DNA of 63,349 nt, filler included, from Octopus bimaculoides (lineage: Eukaryota), in NCBI RefSeq assembly GCF_001194135.2. It is 7 parts of 5 records of this genome, joined end to end, with 100 filler letters (N's around TTAATTAATTAA, not from the genome) between each part and the next. Parts side by side here need not be neighbours in the genome. Positions count along the whole stretch, not along the records: positions 40,717 to 49,598 come from NC_068995.1; positions 49,699 to 60,964 come from NC_068981.1; 5 more parts are not named here. One strand, 5' to 3'. The translations under genes and the position numbers were made by a program. Each line of letters begins with the position of its first letter. The first letter of the stretch is position 1. The notes under the pieces were generated by a model, which saw only the letters and a program-made list of their open reading frames with translations, did not search any database and was not told the origin of the DNA. This document shows, piece after piece, positions 40,813 to 54,029 of this stretch.

Positions 40813-41416
40813 CATATATATATGTATATATATATATATATATATACTGTATATATATATATATACATATATATATATGTATGTATATATATATATATTT
40901 ATGTACATACACACAGGGATAAATACAAGCATAGATTGTATATATTTATATGAGTGAGAGTGTGTGCGAGTTTGCATGCATATGTGCACACATGTGTGTC
41001 TGTGTGCAAAAAATGTGAATGCGTGCGCATCTGAGAGTGTATTTCCATGCATATGTACGTACATATGTGTATGCGCACACACACACACACTCACACACAA
41101 GCACACACAAACACACACACACACACACACATTATGCGTCTTCATGCGTACGTAATCTACGCACACTCCAGGATATTCCTATCTTCAGGTGCCGTCTAGA
41201 AACCACCGGAACCTCGCTAGTGCGTCATCCGCTCTTATGGTGACAACCAGCAAGAACTTGTGTGGAAATGTTCAAGATTTAGTACATATGTCTGCTCTTG
41301 AATAAATCCTTTATTCATCAACACCCCGTCACTCTTCTCCATTCCCCCCTCCATCTGTCTGTCTGTCTCTCTCTCTCTCTTTCTTTCTCTCTTTCACTAT
41401 CTCCCTCTCGGTGTAT

Positions 41417-41451
<35 letters not shown>

Positions 41452-41468
41452 CATATCCCGTTCTCAGT

Positions 41469-41509
<41 letters not shown>

Positions 41510-42193
41510 TTAATACAGCCATACACATATCGATATATATTTACACATATCAGACACNNNNNNNNNNNNNNNNNNNNNNNNNNNNNNNNNNNNNNNNNNN
41601 NNNNNNNNNNNNNNNNNNNNNNNNNNNNNNNNNNNNNNNNNNNNNNNNNNNNNNNNNNNNNNNNNNNNNNNNNNNNNNNNNNNNNNNNNNNNNNNNNNNN
41701 NNNNNNNNNNNNNNNNNNNNNNNNNNNNNNNNNNNNNNNNNNNNNNNNNNNNNNNNNNNNNNNNNNNNNNNNNNNNNNNNNNNNNNNNNNNNNNNNNNNN
41801 NNNNNNNNNNNNNNNNNNNNNNNNNNNNNNNNNNNNNNNNNNNNNNNNNNNNNNNNNNNNNNNNNNNNNNNNNNNNNNNNNNNNNNNNNNNNNNNNNNNN
41901 NNNNNNNNNNNNNNNNNNNNNNNNNNNNNNNNNNNNNNNNNNNNNNNNNNNNNNNNNNNNNNNNNNNNNNNNNNNNNNNNTATATATATATATATATATA
42001 TATACATATTTCTATGTATGTATTTACGTATGTAGAAGCAATTATGCGGATAAACAAATTGGATACATTTAAATATATTAAACATACCAAATACATCAAA
42101 CACAAAATATGTCTATGTGTTTGCATACAAAACGAGTGAAAGCAGAAGGTGGAAACTTTCAGATGATGAATTTTTTATGTATAGATATAGAGA

Positions 42194-42290
42194 CAGGCGC
42201 TGCTTCACAACCACATAGTTCTGGGTTCAGTCCCACTATTTGGCACCTTAGGCAAGTATCTTCTACCGTAGACTTGAGCAGCACAAGCAA
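42194..42290 (+). mobile_element. SINE family B 5' fragment
   Basis: CAACCACATAGTTCTGGGTTCAGTCCCACT..GCACCTTAGGCAAGTATCTTCTAC. Confidence 0.75.
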
Positions 42291-42577
42291 CGAAGTAATT
42301 AAATTTACGCTGAGAGGAAAAATCAGAGAAACTGGTCCGTAGTTTTGTGCAGTGGTCCTTTCTGAGGACTTTTGTGAAGAGCTTTGTCGGCCAAAATTAT
42401 CTGTGGCATCAGAGAGATAAGATTTCATAAAACCTTATAATTTTGCTTACATTTTTACCTGGGACAGCTGTTGTTCCTTCCAGGTGAGCATTAGACGTGT
42501 TGCTTTAGTGCGTTTCCATCACGAAACCGTAACGCATGCGCACTGCATCTTTTGAGTTTATTCTTTTATTCTTTTAA

Positions 42578-42962
42578 TTGATTCAGTTATTAGACTGCGG
42601 CTATGATGGGGCAATGCCTTGAAGAATATTTAATTGAATGAATCGACCACAGTATTTATTTTTTGTTAACTCTGGTACATATTTTATCGGTCTCTTTTGG
42701 TGAACTGCTAGATTACGGAGACGTAAACACACCAACACCGGTTTCTGAGCGAAGACACATATATATACATATATACGACGTGGTTCTTTCAGTTTCCGTT
42801 TACCAAATCTTCTCACAAAGCTTTGGTCGGTCTGAAGATATAGGACAGATAGATGTACGACAACTACTGTTTAGAGCTCGAGGTGCCTGGCAGTGGGACT
42901 GAACCCTGAACCATGTGGGGTGAGGGAGAAAGCTTCTTACTACACAGCCATGCCTGCGCCTG
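42578..42962 (-). mobile_element. SINE family B, decayed full-length copy
   Basis: Tail TTAGACTGCGGCTATG, TTCTTTCAGTTTCCGTTTACCAAATC, and head GCAGTGGGACTGAACCC..CTTACTACACAGCCATGCCTGCGCC. Confidence 0.8.
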
Positions 42963-43194
42963 TTGCGAATGTTTCAAAGGAAACAAGATATCAATCAGAC
43001 GAAATAAACGAAAAGTTGTTTTCAGCTTGCGAATGGATTTAGAGACGAGTCAACTGTGCGGTAAAAAAAGAATAAAACAGCAGATTGTTGAAAATGATCT
43101 GTATTTATCATATAACTAACAAGACTATGAAACAGCTGTAAACGAATGGACCAAACATTTATTCTTTCACCTGACATCTCTTCCCTATTCTGTT

Positions 43195-43316
<122 letters not shown>

Positions 43317-43407
43317 AGTTTTTATGATTCTTTATATAGTTTTTTATATGCTTTTATATTTTAATTTTTGTATTTGAACTTTCTAAAATTCATGAACTGA
43401 ATTTTGT

Positions 43408-43543
43408 AAATCTCTGAAGAGGCCTAGTGAATCATGCATGTACGCCCATTGCATCGTTTTCATCTACCAATTACTCCAGCTTACTGTAGTTATATAGATA
43501 GAATGGGGCATGCCAACACTAGGCCGAAACAGCTGTAAGATTT
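43408..43543 (+). ncRNA. Type I hammerhead ribozyme with an intact core and extended stem II
   Basis: Stem I AAATCT (43408-13)/AGATTT (43538-43); CTGAAGA (43414-20); 9-bp stem II GGCCTAGTG (43421-29)/CACTAGGCC (43517-25); GAAA (43526-29); palindromic stem III ACAGCTGT (43529-36); GUA triplet with predicted cleavage after 43537. Confidence 0.8.
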
Positions 43544-44079
43544 TGTCCCCTCTTCGGTTGCTAGATGTCCTTTTGAATTTGAAATTTTAATTGTTGATAT
43601 GACATAGTATGTCATATGTGTTTGTATATTGTCTTTATTGTCCTTTTGATTGTAAAATAAACGGATTAATTAACAGGGTACAGNNNNNNNNNNNNNNNNN
43701 NNNNNNNNNNNNNNNNNNNNNNNNNNNNNNNNNNNNNNNNNNNNNNNNNNNNNNNNNNNNNNNNNNNNNNNNNNNNNNNNNNNNNNNNNNNNNNNNNNNN
43801 NNNNNNNNNNNNNNNNNNNNNNNNNNNNNNNNNNNNNNNNNNNNNNNNNNNNNNNNNNNNNNNNNNNNNNNNNNNNNNNNNNNNNNNNNNNNNNNNNNNN
43901 NNNNNNNNNNNNNNNNNNNNNNNNNNNNNNNNNNNNNNNNNNNNNNNNNNNNNNNNNNNNNNNNNNNNNNNNNNNNNNNNNNNNNNNNNNNNNNNNNNNN
44001 NNNNNNNNNNNNNNNNNNNNNNNNNNNNNNNNNNNNNNNNNNNNNNNNNNNNNNNNNNNNNNNNNNNNNNNNNNNNNNN

Positions 44080-44135
<56 letters not shown>

Positions 44136-45654
44136 TGTATGTATGTATGTATGTATGTATGTATGTATGTATGTATATTTGAATCATCTTATCCAAACAA
44201 AAATAAAAATAAAAACAAAAAATCCTACGAAATGGTGAAAGATACTCAAGAATATATTTAAGCAGACTCTGCTTTGTTTTATAATTTATATCCTACAGGG
44301 TGGCTCCCAGCTAAATATACAATATACATGTTATTACAAAACTCGTTTATAATGTTTGATTAAACGTACAAAGAAAATACAATGAATCATAAACAGTACC
44401 GACATCAAATTATATTTTTCTATATTCTGACTTTGTTTTGCTAATTTATCAATGATGTACTAATATTTAGGGTTTGTTAGTGCAAAACCCGGAATTTCAC
44501 AGAATATGGGATCTGACTATACACGTGTAAAGGAATATGCAATTTCATAGGGCTTTGAACTCTCTTTTATTTCTCTGTGATGACCGCACCTTCCCCTTTT
44601 TTTATCTTTCCCATTCTCCTTCCTAAAATTGTCATCTTGAAAGGTCACCAGTCCTTGTGAGAAAATGCATTTATTTACAAATATGTTGATAAGTATCCAA
44701 TGAGAAAGGAAAGAGAAGGAAGAGAAAAAAGGAAGAAAAAAAAGAGAACAGAAGAAAATGCATTGTAATGAAATTTCAATGGGTTCACCATATCTACCTA
44801 TCTATCTATCTATTTATTTATCTATATATCTATCTGTCTGTCTGCCTATTTGTCTGTTTGTTTATCTGTCTATGTATCCTTTACCCATCTTTTATTTTCT
44901 TCCTCTTTATCGATTGTCCTGAATCCCCTCTCTCTCTCTCTTTGTGTATTTTTGTCCACCCACCACCTCTTTGCTTTTCTTTCTCTCTTTCCTCCGTTTT
45001 CCCCAAAATCAAAAATATGTTTCTCCTCTTCTAAACATGGCTAAAAAAACACCCCATTCATATAAATGAAAAACGAAACGTTCTGTTTTTACCATTTGTA
45101 TTATCCAAAATTCTGACTACACCCTCTCTCTCTCCTGAGAGAGGGAGAAGTGGGCAGCTGAGACGAATGCAAATTAATTTTATTAGTTCTTACGTACGTT
45201 TCACCTATATGGTGTCTTGGAACTCCGCGTTGGATGTTTTAAGTGTATATGGATGCTTAATCAGAATGAATCATCAGAGAAAATTTTATTGCTTTAAGTC
45301 ACAGAGGACGAATGTTCATTAGCTCTGTAACACACAATAGTTCTCTAACTCACGCACACACACAGACACACACACACACAAATATATATACATAATTTTC
45401 ATTTGAGTATTATGGCTACCGTTGGTTTCATGTTGAAAAAAACAACATTTTAATATCTTAACAGTCTTTTCAAGCGTGGGGAAATGGCGTTCGTCATGGA
45501 GATATGTTGTCTATCTCCATTTTGGACGAAAACAAGAAAAATCTCGTGAGATTCAATACACAAATAAAGAAATTTTATCCAGCAATGCCGTGAGGTGCAC
45601 TCTTTCTCATTGTTCGACATTTACGTAGAGACAAACAGGGAGACAGGCAGGCAA

Positions 45655-45703
<49 letters not shown>

Positions 45704-45772
45704 TAGATAACTTTCTTTTATTAGCCACACAGGGCTGCACACAGAGGGGACAAATACAACTGTAGACAGATG

Positions 45773-45850
<78 letters not shown>
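45655..45850 (+). repeat. (CAGA)n and (GATA)n tetranucleotide repeats
   Basis: Direct observation. Confidence 0.9.
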
Positions 45851-45851
<1 letters not shown>

Positions 45852-47545
45852 TAGAAACAGTGTGAGAGAGAGGGAGATGTAGGTATAGGGGTACAAATTA
45901 AACGAATGAGATGAATACAGAGAAGAGAACAACAAAAGAGGGGGAGGGGAATGAGGTGGGTTGTATCGCATATTCACTTCGTCAAGTTTTCTCATTCTTT
46001 ACCTCCGCATATGCTTCAACAGAGAGGAACGAGAAGGGATAGGTGGAGTGAGAGAGAGAGAGAGAGAGAGAGAGNNNNNNNNNNNNNNNNNNNNNNNNNN
46101 NNNNNNNNNNNNNNNNNNNNNNNNNNNNNNNNNNNNNNNNNNNNNNNNNNNNNNNNNNNNNNNNNNNNNNNNNNNNNNNNNNNNNNNNNNNNNNNNNNNN
46201 NNNNNNNNNNNNNNNNNNNNNNNNNNNNNNNNNNNNNNNNNNNNNNNNNNNNNNNNNNNNNNNNNNNNNNNNNNNNNNNNNNNNNNNNNNNNNNNNNNNN
46301 NNNNNNNNNNNNNNNNNNNNNNNNNNNNNNNNNNNNNNNNNNNNNNNNNNNNNNNNNNNNNNNNNNNNNNNNNNNNNNNNNNNNNNNNNNNNNNNNNNNN
46401 NNNNNNNNNNNNNNNNNNNNNNNNNNNNNNNNNNNNNNNNNNNNNNNNNNNNNNNNNNNNNNNNNNNNNNNNNNNNNNNNNNNNNNNNNNNNNNNNNNNN
46501 NNNNNNNNNNNNNNNNNNNNNNNNNNNNNNNNNNNNNNNNNNNNNNNNNNNNNNNNNNNNNNNNNNNNNNNNNNNNNNNNNNNNNNNNNNNNNNNNNNNN
46601 NNNNNNNNNNNNNNNNNNNNNNNNNNNNNNNNNNNNNNNNNNNNNNNNNNNTATATATATGTATGTATGTATATATGTATATATATATACATATACACAT
46701 ATATATGTATCTATATATATAAATATATATATACATATATTTATATGTATATACATATATATATATACACACACACACACAAATATTTATATACACATAC
46801 ATACACACATACATACATACATATAGGCGTAATGGCTGACAATCTTGAGTATGAGCAGATGATACAGATATTGCAAGAAGCAAACTAAAATTCATGTTGA
46901 GATATATTTAAAGATAAATAGATACAGTTTTAGTTATCTATACAGATATATAGATAACTAACAATAACGTCTTATAGATACAGTAATATACTAAGATTAT
47001 TTCAAGTAATTCCCAGAACATTTTTAAAATTCTTTCTGGTTACATCCTCTTCGTACTATACGTGAAGTCGAACAATATTGAATAAGTGAAATTTATTCTT
47101 TTTTCTTTGCTTTATTTTGCATCTTTTTTTTTTTTACTTTTCATTAATTTTTACGATATATATATATATATAAATATATNNNNNNNNNNNNNNNNNNNNN
47201 NNNNNNNNNNNNNNNNNNNNNNNNNNNNNNNNNNNNNNNNNNNNNNNNNNNNNNNNNNNNNNNNNNNNNNNNNNNNNNNNNNNNNNNNNNNNNNNNNNNN
47301 NNNNNNNNNNNNNNNNNNNNNNNNNNNNNNNNNNNNNNNNNNNNNNNNNNNNNNNNNNNNNNNNNNNNNNNNNNNNNNNNNNNNNNNNNNNNNNNNNNNN
47401 NNNNNNNNNNNNNNNNNNNNTATATATATATATATACATATATATATACATATATATACATGCATGTCTGTGTATATATGTATTTATATATACATATACA
47501 CACACATATATATATATTTATATACATATATATATTCATATATAC

Positions 47546-47595
<50 letters not shown>

Positions 47596-48444
47596 ACGTT
47601 ATAATATGCATACATGCACACGTATATATGGTATACAAATGTATATTAATATACCACACATCCACACACACACATACATATTCGCATACACACACACATA
47701 TATATTGACTAACATATACAGACATATATTTGTGTATGTGCATGTACGTATACTCATGCAATCACACGCACACGCACACGGATGCACACGCACGCACGCA
47801 CGCACACACACACTCACTCACACTCAATCATACACAAACACACACGCACACAAACTTCATTTTTCTTTCGTTTCGTTTGCTCGTATCATACTTTAAATAT
47901 TTGAAATAATATTTTGCAATTTTACCGAAATTGTATTCCCTTTGGCGATAATACGACTTCGCTAAAATAGTTCAATACCAAATCAACATTTATCTTCTGT
48001 TGCAATTAAATATAGTCAGGCATTTTTCTTAGTTTCTACATCTAAAACTGATCAGTAAGTCGATCGCAGTTATGTCCCCTTCTTTTCTTACCGCTCTTTG
48101 TGCAATTGTACGTTCTCCGTCTTACTGAGACGAACAGATGAGATTCCTAAAAGGAAGCGAAGACCATTATTTTCGTTTTACTGTTGTTGTTGTTGTTGTT
48201 TTTTGTTGTTTTTTTTTATGGGGTGGAAGGTGGAGAGAGGAGAGAGGGTGTTATTGTGCATCCTGTCGGCGCACCCCCGTCCCTCCCCCTCATTCATCCA
48301 CCCGCTACCCTCGCTAGCTAGCTAGCTCTGATATCTCTCCGCTACCCGTTCCCGCTTCTTCGATTGTAGTGTTATATAGAACGACGAATTTGTAGATTTG
48401 ATAATAGCCATATTATGTTCGCGTCTCCCGAAGATAATGAAGAA

Positions 48445-48640
48445 ACGAACGAAGAAACAGGTGATGATGCTGATGAGGAGGAGGAGGAGGAAGAAGAAGA
48501 GGAGGATGGCAAGTATGATGATGAGGATGAATACTACGATTATGGTGACGGGGGTGGTGGTGGTGGTGGCGGCGGCTGTGGTGCTGATGCTTGAGCTGGT
48601 GGTAAAGAATAGAAACTAAAAGAGTATCATCGATTTTATA

Positions 48641-48672
<32 letters not shown>

Positions 48673-48712
48673 CATTATTATTATCATTATTATTATTATT
48701 GTTATTATTGCA

Positions 48713-48743
<31 letters not shown>

Positions 48744-48770
48744 CGACGGCGACGATGACGGCGACGACGA

Positions 48771-48809
<39 letters not shown>

Positions 48810-48839
48810 TGATGGTGATGATGATGATGATGATGAAGG

Positions 48840-48897
<58 letters not shown>

Positions 48898-48926
48898 GGT
48901 GATAATGTTGATAATGGTGAAGATGG

Positions 48927-48967
<41 letters not shown>

Positions 48968-49001
48968 GTGATGATAGTGATGGTGATAATGGTGAAGATG
49001 G

Positions 49002-49035
<34 letters not shown>

Positions 49036-49220
49036 CGTCATCATGATGACGACGACGATTTTGATGAGGATAATGATGATGATGATGACAATTGACAGTA
49101 ACAATAATATTATGATGTTGATTTGGAAGAGGTAGAGGGGGAGGATGAGGAGAAAGATGGTCATTATCCTTATCATCGTCATTGTAATTACGATCGTCGT
49201 GAGGGCGAGGGTCGACGATC

Positions 49221-49251
<31 letters not shown>

Positions 49252-49442
49252 GGAGGAAGAGGGGAACAGGCCGACGCAGAGACGGAGGAGGTGGAGGAAG
49301 AGGAGGAGGTGGAGGAAGAGGAGGAGGTGGAGGAAGAGGAGGAGGAGGATAAATGAAAAGAATAATTGTATCATTGGAGACAATGACAAAACGGTGCTGG
49401 GCGTGGAGATGAAAGAAAGAAAGAAAGAAAGAACAACAACGA

Positions 49443-49518
<76 letters not shown>

Positions 49519-49520
49519 AA
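48445..49520 (+). repeat. Compound low-complexity tract: (GAG/GAA)(GGT)(ATT)(GAT/GAC)(GAG)(GAAA)
   Basis: Successive trinucleotide blocks, an ~18-bp unit GGAGGAAGAGGAGGAGGT repeated about three times near 49290-49345, and (GAAA)n at 49412-49519. Confidence 0.95.
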
Positions 49521-50771
49521 TACACACACTGGCCACCATTTTTTCCTCCAAAGAATGTTGACCTCTTCATCAAGCTGTTAGAAGAGGACTGTGTGACANN
49601 NNNNNNNNNNNNNNNNNNNNNNNNNNNNNNNNNNNNNNNNNNTTAATTAATTAANNNNNNNNNNNNNNNNNNNNNNNNNNNNNNNNNNNNNNNNNNNNCG
49701 TTCGCTACGTCATCTGCTTTGGACTGTCCCTTGCACTGAGGTCACCCGGACCCCCTCTTCCGCCGAAAGCAGATATTGACTTTTTCTCTTCTTTCGCTTG
49801 TTCCTAATGGTCTTAATCTGTTACCGTCTTCGTCAAAACCCGCCCCAACACACATTCATATAGAGACACCACACCGCTTCTACCACCCGATCCCCCTTCT
49901 GCCCCACCCCACACAGCGGCACACAGTTTAACTCAATAACCTCGGCACACGCGTATATATGCTGTTATGCATGCAGATAGTCACACGCACATAGCCCTTC
50001 CCTCACACACACTCTAGCACTCAACACCTACCGCTAACTATCCCACGTCACACTTACCCCACCTCGCACGTGTATGCATCCCACTATAAAAACGCACGCA
50101 TATGCACCAGCTGGCTTCACAAACGCATACAAGAGCACTCTCACACATACACAAATGCACAAACACAGAACATCACACAAGCACACATCAACTACATATC
50201 AACAGATCTATTTATGCACAGACCAACCAGAAACAGTGAGCATACTCGCTCACTTACACACAGTATACAGACACACATACTTTACACAACTTTACACAGA
50301 TATACGTACTATATACAGTCTCACACATTCCCATGCATATACACTCGTTCACACACACTCACATAAATACACAGAAAGCATATCACCCCACAGAACACTT
50401 ACTTGTTTTCTTATACACATACAGACACTATACCTTGCACACACATGCATAACATGATAATATACTCGTCCAGAAATACATACACACACGCTCGCCTTTA
50501 CACACACATACGCACTCACATATGCTCGCTTCCACACGCCATTTACGCACCCCATTTTAGCCGGGTAACTCTTGTAATCCCTTCCATTAACCCCTACCTT
50601 CCGGTCATTTCAGTATGTGGAACTGTTAATCTTCATACATATTTCTTTTCTCCATTTTTTCTTCCTCTCTGTATTTTCTTTCTCCTGAAAAGCGAAGGCA
50701 TGAAACTTTAAAGACTTCTATTTTTATATGCTAAAGTATGTTGAGAAGGAAGTGTTATGTGTGAGGGATAT

Positions 50772-50985
50772 ATCTTTTCTACTCTAGAGACAAGACCCGA
50801 AACTTTGGGGGAGGGGACCAGTCGATTAGATTGACCATGTACTCAGCTGGTATTTAATTTATCGACCCCGAGATGATGAAAAGCAAAGTCGACATCGGCG
50901 GAATTTGAACTCAGAACGAAAGAAAGACGAAATACCGCTATGCATTTAGCCCTTCATGCTAATGTTTCTGCAAGGTCGCCGCCTT
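50772..50985 (-). mobile_element. SINE family D
   Basis: AAAGTCGACATCGGCGGAATTTGAACTCAGAACG..GACGAAATACCGCT is the reverse complement of the family D head. Confidence 0.85.
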
Positions 50986-52884
50986 GTGTGTGACGGTTAT
51001 ATGCTATAGAATGTGGAGAGGGAAGTTTTATGTGTGAGTGACCATATGCGTGTGTGTAAGCGAGTGTAGGTGTGTGCTGAGTTACTGACTTTTTGGTTTA
51101 CCACTAATTTAATTGTCCCTAAATTTCGATTCCATATTTCGATATCTTATACTTATCCACTTTTAATGAGGATAATAATACTTGTTTTCATTTAATATAT
51201 ATTACTCCTACTTGATGATAATTTAATTCATTTATAAATTCATTGTAGAATATTTTATGATGACCACCTCAACAATATGCTTAGGAATGACCTGATGAAC
51301 TTTCTCATATATATGAAAGTACCCCATTATTAGGTTTGAAGTTTAATTTCCACCCTTCTTCTGTATATTGATCTATAATTCTTTCCTAAATCTAATGTAA
51401 TAAATTTCCTAAATTTTGAATTTCTACAGCCCGTATCCCTCATTTCTAATTTCCACCCTTAGAGATTATTTTTTACCTCTTGTTTTAGACTATATTCCCC
51501 TTTTATTTGTTAATCTAAATAAGGACTAGACACCACCATCCTTCCTTCTAGTAATCACCTCTTCCCCATCAGACATTCTCTCACTAGCAGCACTGAGACA
51601 TATCTTTTTATGTAGATAAAGCTTGATATATGGTCTCAGTAAAATAATAGTTGGGAGGTTGTCTAACATTCATTAATTTATTATTATCAACTGGAAAATA
51701 GCTAACAACAGGTAATGGATTTCGTTCTAAATGGTTGTAGACGATATGCTGCATAAAATGTTATAAACAATTCAATAATTATCTCACCATTCCTATATAT
51801 TGACTGTATTTTCCTCTGCTACTCTCAACATTATAGTCGGCTTAAATATATATGTATTCTTCCCTGAATTCATTCTGCCACAAATATAACATGAGGAAAC
51901 AATGTAATTATTTTGGTTTCTAGTACTGATATAAATTTGCTACAAAAATAAGCAAAAACTCGGAAATTTTAGGGTTAATGGAATTTTAAAACATTAAAAA
52001 TCCGTTTTCTTCTGCATAATCAAATGAAATTCGTAAGCTTGTTCGGAAAATTTCAAAATGTAAAAACTATGACCACCTGTTCCGTTCATTTCCACTATTC
52101 AAAAACGTTTTTAAAATCGAAGTTTGAAATACGGACAGTCCGAATATTTGGCTTAAAACCCACCACTGGGTGCATCGTCATTGCATTGAATGTGTTCAAG
52201 AAGTATAGCTTTTGTGATTTTTAGGAATGTACGCAGATGCTTAAATATTCCTCGATACATTGTACTGTTTCATTAGAGCTTGAGAAAACGGAGTTATTTA
52301 GCAACGTTTAGCTCTTAAAATTCTTTCTAACAAACATTCAATGTTTATGTTATTTCTTCAAGAAAGTATTTTTGATAAATATTTTCCCAATAGTTTGTTT
52401 TAAAATGTAGCAAAATTTTACATATTCATTAAATATTCAAATTGAATTTTCTGGAAGGTTTTATAAAATATTTGTTACTTGAATATGAGATTACCCTTTC
52501 TCTTAATATTTCTTCCCTACCTTATAATCTAAAATCTTATGCACACGCATGCAACTAATTGTCTAGATTTTAAGGCTCACATGCAGTTTTGATCCCAGCT
52601 ATTACCAAATATTGTCACTCTATAGATATGCAGTCGAAGTCTTACATTTTGAGAATGGTATATTGAATGTAAATCTCTGCATGTTACAGTGTTTCGTATT
52701 ACATTATTCCCACAACTTTTTCTACTCTACTTTTCCGTTTCATCGAGAAATGCTGCTAAATTCGATATGAGTTTTTTCTGCTTCTTGACATACAATATTT
52801 CAAGACTTTTGCAATATTATTGCAATTTTTCTGGAAACATTTTGTGTAATACTAATGTAATTGCAATACATTTCAGTGAGAACA

Positions 52885-53100
52885 GGTTGGTAAACTGTCA
52901 GACTCGTTAGCACTCTCGGTGAAGTATTTATCCGCATTTCGTCCGTCTTTGCTTACTGAGTCCAAATACCACCGAGGTCTAATTTGCATTTCATTCTTTT
53001 GGGTCGATGAAATAAATAATAGTCGAGCACTGAAGTCGATGTAATCGACTTACCGACTCCTTCGAACTTCTTGGACCTGTCGCAAAATTTGAAATCAATA
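52885..53100 (+). mobile_element. SINE family D, decayed
   Basis: ACTGTCAGACTCGTTAGCAC..CATTTCGTCCGTCTTTG..CCGAGGTC..GTCGATGTAATCGACTTAC. Confidence 0.8.
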
Positions 53101-54029
53101 TCTTTGTATACACAGCAGCTAGTACTCTTCAATAGCACAATAGCTGCAGCGCATGTGCTAACGAAATTACTAAAACAATGTAATCCAGATTGACAAGAAA
53201 ACTTCGAGAAGTATCACCAATCTGCGCCACCCTATTGAATTTTGGACAGCGATATTAAGATAGAAGAGACATAATGATTGCACACCTCATCAATTACATC
53301 TTACGCAAAAATATTACATCAGTCTCTATTAACCTTCATGCCAAGCTCTTGAAGGAAAGTTAATTTGTCTGAAGCACCAGTTGAGGAGGCAGACAAACTA
53401 ATTCGTTATTACAGAAAGCTATTTGTTGGAGCTTGTATAAATCAAAAGCCTGTTCTATGTCCACGGGCATTATTCAGGGAGATGAAGAATGTAAACATTA
53501 CTGTTAAGAAACTTCGTTCACAAGAAAATCTTGCCTTATTGTCCTGAGGTGGGGAACAAAAGTGACATTTCAATAAGAGTGCACCATCGATAATATTATC
53601 GATATAACTTTAGCGTTATCGTCAGTAAAACTTGCCCAGCTGACTTTGCACAGTCCACCTTGAAATATTCACAACTGGAGGCAAACTATATAAGAGGAGG
53701 CGTCTGGAAGAGACATAATAATCCCATAAATGTACGCGAGTCTGAGCCGAGACAGAAAGTCATTAATATTTATAATCAAAAGGATTATAGAGGACCGACC
53801 CGACATATTTCGTATAATTTTGATGAGTCTTATACTCAAGAATGACACCACCGAATTTGCAGAAAACTATAAACTCACTGTTTTCTTAAACATTTTATAA
53901 AATGCTTACACAAGGTGCCTCATCTAATTCGTCAGGAGTCATCTTGTGTCAAGCATCGTAGCTACTGCTGAGGCTTGGAAAACATTTGACAAACAAATCT
54001 GTTTTATCAGAAGTAAGGAAAGGCCTTAA

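Noticed and set aside
48413-49573. 386-aa His/Pro-rich ORF and the overlapping poly-Met/poly-Ile ORFs
   Set aside because: These are stop-free frames of trinucleotide repeats; several frames are open at once.
51150-51640. Possible APE endonuclease relic (RRKDGGV, IMGYFH) on the minus strand
   Set aside because: Only two weak motifs among many stops.
53365-53845. Two ~60-aa ORFs in unique sequence
   Set aside because: No recognisable domain or convincing splice-site pair, and the lengths are expected by chance.
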